A stretch of 43,293 bases of DNA, taken from NCBI GenBank assembly GCA_017881885.1, contig JADGQJ010000001.1:1-43293 (forward strand). The letters are read 5' to 3'. A model generated the notes under the pieces. It ran no database searches and was not told the DNA's origin. It saw nothing but the letters and a program-made list of their open reading frames with translations. Shown here one piece after another: positions 8,791 through 20,883 of the stretch; position 1 is the stretch's first letter, and each line of letters opens with the position of its first letter. Source of the DNA: Chloroflexota bacterium (GTDB taxonomy: Bacteria; Chloroflexota; Limnocylindria; Limnocylindrales; CSP1-4). The position numbers and the translations under genes were made by a program.

Positions 8791-9756
8791 TCATTTCGCT
8801 TCCGCCGATCGCCGGCCGATCGACCGCCTGAGGCCGCCCGTCAGCTCTCTCCAACCGCCACTGAGCACCTCTCGTACGTCACTCCAGGTCCGCGCACCCA
8901 GCAGCGGAAGCGTGGCCAGCATGATGCTCAAGCCGCCGTACCAGAGCGCCGGCAGGGCGAGCATCGCCGATACGGGCACGGTCCAGCGGTGGTTGGTGCG
9001 GGCGCCCCAAACCACGAGCACGACGGCCACAGGGAAGCGGACTAAGAACGGGATCGGGACGGCGGCCCACGTCCCACCTTTGCCGGCATTGGCCACGAGG
9101 ACGTCGCGCCACCGCCACCACGCATCCGGCTGGAGCGCCGCCGAGACCGCCACGACTGCGATCGTCGCCGCCAGAGCGATGGCCAGCGAGCGCCATTCGC
9201 GACGAACCGCGAACCAGAGCAGGCCGACACCCGGCGTGATCTTCGTCAGGAGCACGAACGCCCAGGTCGCCGGCCAGCGGAATCCGAGCACGATGGCCAG
9301 GGCGATCAGCATCTCGATGTTGCCGCCCCAGATCTCCATCAGCCCGAAGAAGGCGAGGCCGAGCAGGATCAGCCGTGGGCCGGTGATGTAGACCATCGCG
9401 GCCATCAGGATCGCAGCCCAGACGGCCATGAAGAGCTGCCAGGGAAGCAGTCGAATCGGTTGCAGGATCTGCAGGAATGCCGGGGAGTACGGGTAGGCGA
9501 TCTGGTCGGTCCAGTTCGAATGGAGATACGGATCCGAAAGGATGGGGGCCCAGTAGCACCGGGCGTCCATTCCGGACGGCAGTGCGGACTGGCTCCAGGG
9601 TTCGGCGAAGTAGACGATGCCGAGCCAGGAGACTGCGAGGGCGATCAGGCCGGCAATGACGGCGACCGGCACGGGGCGACCGCCGAGCGCGACCGTGCGC
9701 TCGCTGGAAATGCTCAGTTCTATCTCCTCTGCGCTCGCTCCCGCCCCGCCGGCCAT
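8791..9756 (-). CDS. GT-C fold membrane glycosyltransferase, GT87/DUF2029-like (paralog 1)
   Basis: Polytopic membrane protein. GMDARCYW provides an Asp in the first loop. [24 protein letters not shown] is conserved with the paralog at 28927..29886. ATG 9756 was chosen because the longer track ORF adds an Arg-rich, non-protein-like N-terminus. Confidence 0.65.
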   Translation of the reverse strand: MAGGAGASAEEIELSISSERTVALGGRPVPVAVIAGLIALAVSWLGIVYFAEPWSQSALPSGMDARCYWAPILSDPYLHSNWTDQIAYPYSPAFLQILQPIRLLPWQLFMAVWAAILMAAMVYITGPRLILLGLAFFGLMEIWGGNIEMLIALAIVLGFRWPATWAFVLLTKITPGVGLLWFAVRREWRSLAIALAATIAVVAVSAALQPDAWWRWRDVLVANAGKGGTWAAVPIPFLVRFPVAVVLVVWGARTNHRWTVPVSAMLALPALWYGGLSIMLATLPLLGARTWSDVREVLSGGWRELTGGLRRSIGRRSAEAK

Positions 9757-9788
9757 GCTAGCACCGGGTAGACCGCGCGAGCCGGTGC

Positions 9789-11459
9789 CTAAGTCAGGGC
9801 GCCGATGACCCGAGCGCCCGAACCGGGACCGGTGGCACGCTCGACCACCGCGCTGCCGCCGAATCGCTCGGCCTCGTCGCCGCGTCCGGCGGGCCCGAGC
9901 ACGCTCCCCCACCCTTCGCCGGCGAAGCGCTCGAGCGCCGCGTTCGCGGCGGCCAGTGTCCGCATCGCCAACTCGGCCGCGTCTCCGTGAATCGCGCCGT
10001 CGCTCAGGGCTGCGCGGAGAGCCAGGGCTGCGCCGGCGGCAGCGTCGAGTTCCGCGGAGGATTCGGCGACATTCCCCTCGGCCGCATCCCGGACCACGAG
10101 CGACGCGGCGGCCCCCGACAGCGCCGTTACCAGCGCCGACGTGCGGCCGCGTGGCCGCCCCGAGGAAATCGGCTCGCTCACGATCAGGCTGTGGTTCGGA
10201 AAGACCAGGCGCCGCAACCAGGCCTGGACGAGGATCGCGCGCGCGTCCCCATCTTCGGCGACCCAGTCCGGCAGGGCGCCGAGCAGCAGCCGGTCCGCTG
10301 TGAGACCGTCGGCGAGGGCCAGCTCAACGCCCAGAGCCTGGAGCGCAAGAGCCCGACCGGCTCGTGTGGCGGCGTCGGACGGAATGCCGCTGGCCACGTC
10401 GGCGCCGAGAGCGAGAGGCCCGGGGCCCATCACCAGGCGGCAACCCGCGCGAACCTGGAGCCGATGCGCAAAAGCGTGGTCCGCGAGAGCGCGCTCAGGA
10501 TCGACGTTGTCCTCGACGATCTCGCGGATCGGGTCGGCTTCGACGTAGTCGATGCGCTCGAACGCCGCCACGACAGCCTGTTCGGGTGCGGCAAACGCGG
10601 ACGTCACCGTCATCAGGCCGGCGTAGCATCCCCGTTCCGCGGCCGCTTCGTCGGCCGCCTTCCGCAGCAATTCCAAGCCGCGCTGGCTGCCGGCGGGGAC
10701 TAGATCGCCCTCGAACCGCTGCGGGATCGCGACAGGCCCTCCTGACTTGTGCCGCCGCCCTCGCACGTGCCCGCCCGGCCGGTGACCGCCGGACTCGCGG
10801 CCGACCTTGACCCGTGGCCCTTCCGACTCGAAGAGGCCGGGGGTCTCCAGACCGGCGTTCCGCCGGGCCTCTGCGAATTCCCAGCTTGCCGGAACTCGCA
10901 CCTGGACGACGTCGGCGCCCTCCCCGATGAGCGCCTTCGTCTCCTCGGCGGCAGGCCCGACCTCGTCGGCGCGCAGGGCCACTCCCAGCCAGGGTTCGTC
11001 CGCCAGCCCCAGCACGTCGCGCATGTCTCGGGCGGCGGTCTTGTTGTCGTCGAATCTGGCGAGGGCCGCGGCGAGCAGTTTGGACGCGTGCGCCTCGGCT
11101 GCGGCCAGACGCTCGGGCCGCTCGAGCAATTCGGCCTCGAGCCCGAGGTCGATCGCACCCGACGCGACTTCGAGCCCGAGATCACGGGCGGGCAGGTCGT
11201 ATTCGAGCAGGGCGACGGCGAATGGGAGGATGACGCCCCGCGCCAGACGCGACCGATCGGGGCTGCAGTACCGCTCCGCCATGGATGCGGCCAGCGGTCG
11301 ACCGGCGCGATCGAGGCCGTCCACACCGAGCATGCGCAGGATCGCGCGCTCCTGGGCGATCGTGGCCGAGCGGCGCGCGGCCGGGGAGAGTCGCGCCGCG
11401 AGGTCGGCCGCGTGCCGGCGAACGGCTTCGACTTCGCTCGAAACGGAGCCACCGGCCAC
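9789..11459 (-). CDS. Hypothetical protein with lysine 5,6-aminomutase alpha (KamD)-like TIM-barrel features
   Basis: GTG start after GAGGTG. N-terminal ..TIAQERAILRMLGVDGLD.. and ..GEGADVVQVRV.. resemble the KamD segments VERAVCRLLGIDGVD and AKQGADVIAVIR as I recall them. The CDS itself is well supported by length and context; the family assignment is tentative. Confidence 0.55.
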   Translation of the reverse strand: MAGGSVSSEVEAVRRHAADLAARLSPAARRSATIAQERAILRMLGVDGLDRAGRPLAASMAERYCSPDRSRLARGVILPFAVALLEYDLPARDLGLEVASGAIDLGLEAELLERPERLAAAEAHASKLLAAALARFDDNKTAARDMRDVLGLADEPWLGVALRADEVGPAAEETKALIGEGADVVQVRVPASWEFAEARRNAGLETPGLFESEGPRVKVGRESGGHRPGGHVRGRRHKSGGPVAIPQRFEGDLVPAGSQRGLELLRKAADEAAAERGCYAGLMTVTSAFAAPEQAVVAAFERIDYVEADPIREIVEDNVDPERALADHAFAHRLQVRAGCRLVMGPGPLALGADVASGIPSDAATRAGRALALQALGVELALADGLTADRLLLGALPDWVAEDGDARAILVQAWLRRLVFPNHSLIVSEPISSGRPRGRTSALVTALSGAAASLVVRDAAEGNVAESSAELDAAAGAALALRAALSDGAIHGDAAELAMRTLAAANAALERFAGEGWGSVLGPAGRGDEAERFGGSAVVERATGPGSGARVIGALT

Positions 11460-11796
11460 ACGTCACCTCGACTTGGACCGCTCTCGCGCGGTTGAGTTCA
11501 GGTTACGCCTTTCGGCGGCGCCGGCCGCCCGGCGCGAGCCGATACCGGAACCGCGCCGAGAATGGGAAGAAATGCGTTGCGCGGCTCTTCCGCGCCCTAA
11601 CTAAGGAATAGGATATCGCTCAGTTGGGTGCGGCATGTCTAACCGCATCAAGAAGGGCTAGGTCGGTCCTTGTCTGGGGCCGACGCGAGGGAGGTCTTCG
11701 ACGGCCGCTGGTCTCATGGCCCTGGGTCCGACGATGACCCCGACCGGAGCGGTCACGACCATCAACTTCGCCAAAGGTGAAACGGAGCGCGGCCCT

Positions 11797-12693
11797 CTAC
11801 TCCTCGGCGGCTCGGTGGTAGACGCCGGCCACCCTGACCATCACGGCTTCACGCAGCAGCGCCGCGAGCGCGGCGGCGCAGTCGGGCGAGTCGGGCTCCG
11901 AGTCCATGTCCGCCCAGAAGACGTACTCCCAGCGCACTCCCCGACTCGGCCTGGACTCCAGGCGCGAGAGGTTGATCTTGCGTTCGGCGAAGCAGCCGAG
12001 GCAGCGATACAAGCTGCCCGGGACGTTGCGGACGGCCCAGACCAGGGTCGTCTTCATCGGTCCGTTGACCATCGCCGACGTGAGCCACTCACACGGCAGC
12101 GGTTCGCGGGCGAGGACGACGAAGCGGGTCCGGTTGGCCGCACCGGTCTGGATATCCTGGGCCAGAACCTCCAGCCCATATATCGGCGCAACCCGCGCGG
12201 ACGCGACGGCGGCCGCGCCCATCTCGGACTTGTCGGCGATCGCCTTGGCCGCGCCGGCGGTGTTGTAGCTGGTCATGACCTGCCAGGGCCGCGCACGCAA
12301 GAAGGCGTCCGCCTGATCGAGGGCCTGGGCAATGCTGTAGACGCGCTCGATCTGGTCGAGGGTCTGACCTGGCAGGGCCAGCAATGCCAGGTGGACCGGA
12401 ACCGAGACTTCCGCCTCGATCTTGATCTCGTCGAATTCGAAGAGCAGGTCATAAATCTCGCGGACGCTGCCACCCTGGGAGCGCTCGATCGGAACGACGC
12501 CTGCGTCCACCGTCCCCGAATGGATGGCCTCGAAGACGGCCCGCCATGTCGGGAGCGCGACCGCCACAGGCGAGGCGAACGCGGATAGGACGCCTTCCTC
12601 GCTGAAGGCTCCGGGCTCGCCCTGGAACGCGACCCGCGGCCGCCCGGCGGCAGGGTCCGACTCGGATCGAGTTCCCGACGCTGGCGATGCCAT
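11797..12693 (-). CDS. pheA: Prephenate dehydratase with C-terminal ACT domain
   Basis: RVAFQGEPGAFSE.., NRTRFVVL, then an ACT segment TTLVWAVRNVPGSLYRCLGCFAERKINLSRLESRP. Confidence 0.9.
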   Translation of the reverse strand: MASPASGTRSESDPAAGRPRVAFQGEPGAFSEEGVLSAFASPVAVALPTWRAVFEAIHSGTVDAGVVPIERSQGGSVREIYDLLFEFDEIKIEAEVSVPVHLALLALPGQTLDQIERVYSIAQALDQADAFLRARPWQVMTSYNTAGAAKAIADKSEMGAAAVASARVAPIYGLEVLAQDIQTGAANRTRFVVLAREPLPCEWLTSAMVNGPMKTTLVWAVRNVPGSLYRCLGCFAERKINLSRLESRPSRGVRWEYVFWADMDSEPDSPDCAAALAALLREAVMVRVAGVYHRAAEE

Positions 12694-12708
12694 CGAATCC
12701 TCCGTCGG

Positions 12709-14372
<1,664 letters not shown>

Positions 14373-14376
<4 letters not shown>

Positions 14377-15584
14377 CGGGCGCCGGCCCTTTCTCCGGGG
14401 CCGCCGGCCCCGACTTTCTGCGAGGCTCCCGCCTCGAGAGCGGCCACCACCGCATCGGCCATGGCCTGCGTCCCCACCTTCTTCTGCCCGGGCTGTTCGC
14501 CGGTCGCGGCTACGAGATCCGGAGTCCGATAGCCGTCGGCCAGCGCCGCGCCGACCGCCGCTTCGATCGCCTCGGCCACCGCAGGCCGGCCGAGCGACCA
14601 GCGCAGCATCATCGCGCCGGACAGGATCGTTGCCAGCGGATTGGCGACGTCTTTGCCGGCAATGTCCGGAGCGGAGCCGTGGATCGGCTCATACAGGCCG
14701 TGAACCCCGAAGGGGGTCCGCTTCTCGCCGATCGACGCCGACGGCAGCATCCCGAGGGAACCCGCGAGCACGCTCGCCTCGTCCGAGAGTATGTCGCCGA
14801 AGAGGTTCTCGGTGACGATGACGTCGAACAGGGCGGGACGCTGGATCAGCGTCATCGCGCAGGCGTCGACCAGCCGGTGCTCGACCGTGACGTCGGGGTA
14901 GTCGGGCTTGACCTCCTCGACGATCGTCCGCCACAGCCGGCTCGAGGAGAGCACGTTGGCCTTGTCGACGCTGGTCAGCTTCTTGCGGCGGCCGCGGGCC
15001 AGCTCGAAGGCCAGCTTCACGACGCGGCGGATCTCGCCTTCGGTGTAGATCAGCGTATCTACGACTTCGCGGCCGGCCGGAGTGTCGCGCTGCTCGGACG
15101 GCTTGCCGAAGTAGAGCCCGCCGGTGAGCTCGCGCACGATCAGCATGTCGACGCCTTCGAGCAGCGACTCGCGGACCGGCGAACTGCCGCGCAGGACCGG
15201 CTGGACCGTGACCGGCCGAAGGTTCGCGTACAAGCCGAGGCCCTTGCGCATCGCCAGCAGCGCCTGCTCGGGCCGGACCTTGGCCTTTGGATCGTCGTAC
15301 TTGGGGTCGCCGATCGCGCCGAAGTAGACGGCGTCCGCGGCGGCGCACGCGGCGAGGTCCTCGTCGCGCATCGGCACGCCGTATGCATCCATCGCCACGC
15401 CGCCGATCAGCACCTTGTGCCACTCGAAGCGGAAGCCGAAGAGACGACCAGCGGCCTCGAGCACGCGCCGGCCGCCCGCAATCACCTCAGGCCCGATCCC
15501 ATCACCGGGAACGACGGCTAGGCGATACGTCGCCGCTGGTTCCGCAGCGGCGCCGGTGTCGAGCGGCTGGGCTGGCGTTGTCAC
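14373..15584 (-). CDS. leuB: 3-isopropylmalate dehydrogenase
   Basis: YRLAVVPGDGIGPEV.., ..LYFGKP.., ..NLFGDILSDEASVLAGSLGMLPSAS.., ..YEPIHGSAPDIAGK. The GTG start at 15584 overlaps the leuA stop (GTGA). The stop overlaps the cimA ATG (ATGA). The upstream part of track ORF 14373..16826 is an out-of-frame read through leuA. Confidence 0.85.
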
Positions 15585-17239
15585 GGGAGCCTCTCCACTT
15601 TCTCGGGGGTATGGCCGGAGGCGCGAGCCTCGTCCAGCATTGCCGCGCGCGCGATCGCTTCCTGCTGGAGCTTCTCGGCCCCGGACAGGTATGCGGCCAC
15701 GGAGGCTTCGATGATGTCGGTGGATAGACCGTGGCCGGTGGCCACGAAGGCGTCGTGTCGTTCCTCGGTGGAGCGGTGGACGCGGACCACGACCTGGCCC
15801 TGGGCATCCTCGCCGGCCGATACTGCCTTGATCTCGTACTCGTCGAGGATGGGCCTCCAACCGAGCACCGACTCGAGCGCCCGGTCGGTCGCGCCGTACA
15901 GCGCGTCGACCGGACCGTTGCCCGATGCCTCGATCGAGCGCGTTTCGCCTGTCACCGAAAGAGTGATCGTCCCCGTCGCCCGGCCGCCGTGGGAGCTGGT
16001 GACACTCCAGCCCTGCAGGCGGATCGTGTTGGGCACGACCGTGGCACGCTGCTCGACGATCGCCAGGAGGTCGCCGTCGGTGACCTCCTTCTTGGCGTCG
16101 GCCAGAGCGATGACCTGGGCATACAGCGCGTCGAGCGCCTCGCCGTCGACCTCGTGGCCGAGCGAATGTAGTTTCTCGCGCAGGCCGCGCCGGCCCGACA
16201 GCTTGCCGATAGTCAGCTGGCTGCCGGAGAGCCCGACCGACTGCGGGGTCATGATCTCGTAGGTCAGCGGGTTCTTGATGACGCCGTCCTGGTGGATGCC
16301 GGACTCGTGGGCGAACGCGTTGCCGCCGACGATCGCCTTGTTCGGCTGGACGGCGAAGCCGGTCAGGTAGCTCACCAGCCGGCTCGCAGGGGTGATCTGC
16401 TCGCTGACGACGCGGGTTGCCAGGTTGGGGAATTGCGTGGGGCGGGTCTTGATGCCCATCACGACTTCTTCGAGCGAAGCGTTGCCGGCTCGCTCGCCGA
16501 GCCCGTTGACGCAGACTTCCAGCTGGCGGGCGCCGTTTTGCAGCGCCGCCAGCGTGTTGGACGTGGCCAGGCCGAGATCGTTGTGGCAGTGGACGGATAT
16601 GGTGGCAACCGAGCCGAACCGCTCGACGACCTGCCCCACCAGCTGCCCGAACTCGGCCGGGATCGCGTATCCGACTGTGTCGGGGATATTGAGCGTGCTC
16701 GCACCCGCCTCGACCGCGGCCTCGTACAGCTTCATCAGGAAATCGATGTCTGTGCGCGTCGCATCCTCGGCGCTGAACTCGATCTCCGCATCGCGGCCCA
16801 GGGCCTTGCGGCCGTAGCCGACCCACTTCGCCGCCGCGAGAAGCGCCTCGTCACGGGAGATGCGCAGCTTGTGCTTGAGGTGGATGTCGCTGCTGGCGAT
16901 GAAGACGTGGAGGTGCGGCCGTTCGGCCACCCGAAGGGCCTCGACGGCCCGCTGCGGATCGCCGTCCTTGCAGCGGGCCAGGCCGGCCACGGCCACGCCC
17001 CGGGTTTCCTTGGCGATCTGATGGACCGCCTCGAATTCGCCGGGGGAGCTGGCCGGGAAGCCCGCTTCGATCACGTCCACGTTCAGGCGGACGAGCTGGC
17101 GGGCTACCTCGATCTTTTCCGCCACCGTGAGCCCGGCCCCAGGGGCCTGCTCACCGTCGCGCAGAGTCGTGTCGAAGATCCGTACCGAGCCCGGGACTAT
17201 GCCCGGGCCGGATACGTTGGCGGGTACGTTCTCGCTCAT
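15581..17239 (-). CDS. leuA: 2-isopropylmalate synthase
   Basis: VRIFDTTLRDGEQAPGAGL..IEAGFPASSPGEFE..HCHNDLGLATSNTLAAL..NGLGERAGNASLEE, plus a C-terminal LeuA dimerisation/regulatory region. Confidence 0.92.
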   Translation of the reverse strand: MSENVPANVSGPGIVPGSVRIFDTTLRDGEQAPGAGLTVAEKIEVARQLVRLNVDVIEAGFPASSPGEFEAVHQIAKETRGVAVAGLARCKDGDPQRAVEALRVAERPHLHVFIASSDIHLKHKLRISRDEALLAAAKWVGYGRKALGRDAEIEFSAEDATRTDIDFLMKLYEAAVEAGASTLNIPDTVGYAIPAEFGQLVGQVVERFGSVATISVHCHNDLGLATSNTLAALQNGARQLEVCVNGLGERAGNASLEEVVMGIKTRPTQFPNLATRVVSEQITPASRLVSYLTGFAVQPNKAIVGGNAFAHESGIHQDGVIKNPLTYEIMTPQSVGLSGSQLTIGKLSGRRGLREKLHSLGHEVDGEALDALYAQVIALADAKKEVTDGDLLAIVEQRATVVPNTIRLQGWSVTSSHGGRATGTITLSVTGETRSIEASGNGPVDALYGATDRALESVLGWRPILDEYEIKAVSAGEDAQGQVVVRVHRSTEERHDAFVATGHGLSTDIIEASVAAYLSGAEKLQQEAIARAAMLDEARASGHTPEKVERLP

Positions 17240-17258
17240 CGGTTTCCCCCAGGGGCGA

Positions 17259-18299
17259 TCAGTCCTTGGACTTCGCGGCGGCCTGAGGCTGGCCGTCGAC
17301 GACCTCGACCGGATTGAGGAAGGGCATGGCCTTGCGCAGTCGGGCTCCGACCTGCTCGACCTGGTGGTCGCGGCCGGCTTCGCGCATCTTCTTGAAGTTG
17401 GGCTGGCCGGCTTCGTTCTCCGCGATCCACGCGGCCGCGAAGCTGCCGTCCTGGATCTCGTGGAGGATCTTGCGCATTTCGTCGCGCACCCTGGCGTCGA
17501 CGATCCGCGGGCCTGAGACGTAGTCGCCGTACTCGGCCGTGTCGCTGACCGAGAAGCGCATGAAGTTCATGCCGCCGCGGTACATCAGGTCGACGATCAG
17601 CTTGAGCTCGTGCATGACCTCGAAGTAGGCGAGCTCCGGCTGGTAGCCGGCCTCAACCAGGGTCTCGAAGCCGTTCTTGATCAGGCTGGTGACGCCGCCG
17701 CACAGGACGACCTGCTCGCCGAAGAGATCGGTCTCGGTCTCTTCCTTGAACGTGGTCTCGAGGACGCCGGCTCGGGTCGCGCCGATGCCACGGGCGTATG
17801 CGAGGGTGCGCGCGCGAGCGGTTCCGGTCGCGTCCTTCTCGACGGCGAAGAGGGCCGGCACGCCGCCGCCCTGCTCGAACACTGAACGGACGAGGTGGCC
17901 GGGTCCCTTGGGGGCGACCATGCCGACGTCGATGCCCGCGCCCGGCCGGATCCGGTCGAACCGGATGTTGAAGCCGTGGGCGAACATGAGCAGCTGGCCG
18001 GCGTGCATGTTCGGCTCGATCGACGTCTCGAACACCTTCTTCTGGATGGTGTCCGGGACCAGGATCATGATCACGTCCGCGGCCTTGACGGCATCGGCGA
18101 TGTCGGCCGTCTTGATGCCGGCTTCGTCGGCCAGGGCGCGGGCCTTGGGATTGGCCTCGACGACGGTGACGTCGTAGCCCGAATCGTGCAGGTTCTGGGC
18201 GTGGGCGTGGCCCTGGCTGCCGTAGCCGACTATCACGATCTTCTGGCCGGCGAGGGCCTTGGGATCGGCGTCGTTGTCGTAGTACATGCGTGCGGTCAT
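17259..18299 (-). CDS. ilvC: Ketol-acid reductoisomerase
   Basis: [37 protein letters not shown].. and an IlvC-like sequence throughout. Confidence 0.95.
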   Translation of the reverse strand: MTARMYYDNDADPKALAGQKIVIVGYGSQGHAHAQNLHDSGYDVTVVEANPKARALADEAGIKTADIADAVKAADVIMILVPDTIQKKVFETSIEPNMHAGQLLMFAHGFNIRFDRIRPGAGIDVGMVAPKGPGHLVRSVFEQGGGVPALFAVEKDATGTARARTLAYARGIGATRAGVLETTFKEETETDLFGEQVVLCGGVTSLIKNGFETLVEAGYQPELAYFEVMHELKLIVDLMYRGGMNFMRFSVSDTAEYGDYVSGPRIVDARVRDEMRKILHEIQDGSFAAAWIAENEAGQPNFKKMREAGRDHQVEQVGARLRKAMPFLNPVEVVDGQPQAAAKSKD

Positions 18300-18904
18300 C
18301 GCTTGACTGCCTCCTCGATCGACCCGGTGCCCCGGGACATGACGACGGTTCCGGAGCGAACGAGCTCCTTGATGCCAAATCCTCGGAGGAGCGCGATCAG
18401 CGCATCCACCTCGGCCTCGCTGCCGGTCGCTTCCACGATCAGCGACTCGGCCGCCAGATCCACAACCTTGGCCTTGTACATGTCTGCGATGGTCAGCACC
18501 TCGCCGCGATTGCGTTCGTCGGCGCGGACCTTGATGAGCGCGATCTCGTGCTCGACCGTGGAGTCGCTGGTGACGTCCTGGACCTTGAGCACGTCGATGA
18601 GCCGGTAGAGCTGCTTGGCCGCCTGCTCGACCGCGACGTCGTCGCCGCGGAGGGTGAGCGTCATGCGGCTGACCTCCGGCTGGTCAGTGTGACTGACGGC
18701 GAGGGTCTCGATGTTGAAGTTGCGCGCCCGCATGAGGCTGGCGACGCGGTTGAGGACGCCGGGCTTGTTCAGGACGATGGCCACCAGAACGTGGCGGTGC
18801 GCCTCGCCGTGGCCCGGCAGAGCCCGGGCCGGCGGAGCGGTGTGGGCCGGCGCCGGGTGGGCCGGATCGGCGGGAGTGCCGGGATTCGAACCGGTCTGGC
18901 TCAT
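18296..18904 (-). CDS. ilvN: Acetolactate synthase small (regulatory) subunit
   Basis: [34 protein letters not shown] (ACT domain) plus the C-terminal IlvN domain. The ATG at 18904 overlaps the ilvB stop (ATGA). The stop overlaps the ilvC ATG (ATGA). Confidence 0.9.
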   Translation of the reverse strand: MSQTGSNPGTPADPAHPAPAHTAPPARALPGHGEAHRHVLVAIVLNKPGVLNRVASLMRARNFNIETLAVSHTDQPEVSRMTLTLRGDDVAVEQAAKQLYRLIDVLKVQDVTSDSTVEHEIALIKVRADERNRGEVLTIADMYKAKVVDLAAESLIVEATGSEAEVDALIALLRGFGIKELVRSGTVVMSRGTGSIEEAVKR

Positions 18905-20775
18905 TGCTTCGGCTCCTCGAACTGTTCCTCGAGCAGGTCCGACAGGCCCTTTCCGGCCGGCATCATCGGGAAGACGTTCTGCTCCTCGGCGATCATGAAG
19001 TGGACAAGGGCCGGGCCGTCGACGGCCCGGGCGGCAGCGATTGCGGCGTCGACTTCCTCGGGCTTGGTGGCCCGGAAGCCGGCCACGCCGTATGCGTCGG
19101 CAAGCTTGAGCCAGTCGGGGCCGAGGAGGTGCGACGAATGGTAGTTGCCGGCGTAGATGAGCTCCTGCCACTGCCTGATCATGCCCAGCTTGTGGTTGTC
19201 GAGCAGCGCGATCTTGACTGGGATGTGGTCCTGGACGAGGGTCATGAGCTCCTGGACGGTCATTTGCAGGCCGCCGTCGCCGACGATTGCCCAGGTTTCC
19301 TTGTCCGGCCGGCCCATCGCCGCGCCCATCGCCGCCGGCAATCCGAACCCCATCGTGCCCAGACCGCCCGAGCTGATGTGGCTGTTCGGCCGGCGGAACC
19401 CGGCGTAACGTGCAGCCCACATCTGGTTCTGGCCCACGTCGGCGACGATCGTGGCGTCGTGGTTGGTGGCCTCGCCGATCTTGCAGACCACGAAGTCGGC
19501 CGAGAGCTGGCCGTTGCGCCAGGCCCCGGACCCGTGCCAGGGCGTCTTTTCGGACTCGACCCGCCATTCCGCCAGCTCGGTGAGATAGGCCGCGCGGCTC
19601 TCCGGTTCCACCGCTGGGACGAGCGGCAGCAGGGCCGTCAGAACGCGCTTCACGTCGCCCACGATCGGGATCTCAACCGCGACGTTCTTGCCGATCTCGG
19701 CCGGGTCGATGTCCACGTGGATGATCCGCGCGTACGGCGCGAACGTCGGCACGTGGCCGGTAACGCGGTCGTCGAAGCGCATGCCCAGGGCGATCAGCAG
19801 GTCGGCCGACTGGATGGCGCGGTTGACGTGCTTCCAGCCGTGCATGCCGACCCAGCCGAGGCTGAGCGGGTGCGTCTCGTCCATGGCGCTCACGCCGAGG
19901 AGGGTGTGGGCGACGGGGATCTGCGTCTTCTCGGCAAACTCACGCAGTTCTTCGGTCGCGTCGGCTATCAGGACGCCGTGACCGGCCAGGATGACGGGCC
20001 GCTCGGCGCGGGCGATCTCCTGCGCGGCGAGCTTGACCTGGCGGTAGTTGCCCTCGAAGTTGGGCTTGAAACCGGGCAGATCGACGGTGGCCGGGTGTTC
20101 GGCCGTGCAGGCGCCCATCAGGGCGTCCTTCGTGATGTCGATGTGGACGGGACCGGGACGGCCGGTGGCGGCGATGTGGAAGGCCTCGGCGAAGACGCGC
20201 GGGATGTCGTTGGGGTTGTTGACCAGGTAGTTGTGCTTGGTGCACGGCAGAGTGATGCCGGTGATGTCGATCTCCTGGAACGCGTCCTTGCCCAGTAGCG
20301 AGGAGACGACGTTGCCGGTGATTGCGACCATCGCTACGGAATCCAGCATGGCGTTGCCGATGCCGGTGACGAGGTTCGTGGCGCCGGGGCCGGACGTCCC
20401 GAGGCACACCCCGACGCGGCCGGAGGCACGGGCATAGCCGTCGGCGGCGTGAGACGCGCCCTGCTCGTGGCGGACGAGGATGTGGCGGAGCTCAGGGTAG
20501 TCGCCCAGGACGTCGTACAGCGGCAGGAGAACGCCGCCCGGGAAACCGAAGAAGAGGTCAACGCCCTGGGCCAGCAGGGCTTCGCAGACGGCGTCGGCGC
20601 CGATGCGGGGCCGTTTCAGGCCACGTTCGGCGAGACTCTTGATCTGCTTGCGGAGCGTGTCGGTGAGCATTTCGTGACGGCCGGCCGAGATCGCGTCGGC
20701 GCGCGCAGTCCCGGCGCCCGGCATGTGGTTGATCCGAGTCGCCGTACGGTCCGGTCCGTCGTCTCTGGTCCCCAT
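18901..20775 (-). CDS. ilvB: Acetolactate synthase large (catalytic) subunit
   Basis: GADAVCEALLAQGVDLFFGFPGG.., ThDP motif GGLGTMGFGLPAAMGA..GDGGLQM. ATG 20775 has an AAGGAAGGG SD. Alternative in-frame starts are at 20724 and 20670. Confidence 0.9.
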   Translation of the reverse strand: MGTRDDGPDRTATRINHMPGAGTARADAISAGRHEMLTDTLRKQIKSLAERGLKRPRIGADAVCEALLAQGVDLFFGFPGGVLLPLYDVLGDYPELRHILVRHEQGASHAADGYARASGRVGVCLGTSGPGATNLVTGIGNAMLDSVAMVAITGNVVSSLLGKDAFQEIDITGITLPCTKHNYLVNNPNDIPRVFAEAFHIAATGRPGPVHIDITKDALMGACTAEHPATVDLPGFKPNFEGNYRQVKLAAQEIARAERPVILAGHGVLIADATEELREFAEKTQIPVAHTLLGVSAMDETHPLSLGWVGMHGWKHVNRAIQSADLLIALGMRFDDRVTGHVPTFAPYARIIHVDIDPAEIGKNVAVEIPIVGDVKRVLTALLPLVPAVEPESRAAYLTELAEWRVESEKTPWHGSGAWRNGQLSADFVVCKIGEATNHDATIVADVGQNQMWAARYAGFRRPNSHISSGGLGTMGFGLPAAMGAAMGRPDKETWAIVGDGGLQMTVQELMTLVQDHIPVKIALLDNHKLGMIRQWQELIYAGNYHSSHLLGPDWLKLADAYGVAGFRATKPEEVDAAIAAARAVDGPALVHFMIAEEQNVFPMMPAGKGLSDLLEEQFEEPKQ

Positions 20776-20829
20776 CGCTTCGCCCTTCCTTTCGCTGGCC
20801 TCGTCCGCTTCGGGTGCCCCGTTAGCTCA

Positions 20830-20860
20830 TGAAAAAACCCTCACCTTCCGGCGAGGGTTC
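20830..20860 (-). terminator. Canonical intrinsic terminator / attenuator stem-loop upstream of ilvB
   Basis: On the minus strand: AACCCUCGCC-GGAA-GGUGAGGGUU, a 10 bp stem with one G-U pair and a GNRA loop, running into a six-U tract. It lies 56 nt upstream of the ilvB ATG and directly after the 68-codon ORF. Confidence 0.65.
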
Positions 20861-20883
20861 TGGTCGTTTCGGGTTTTGCGTCG

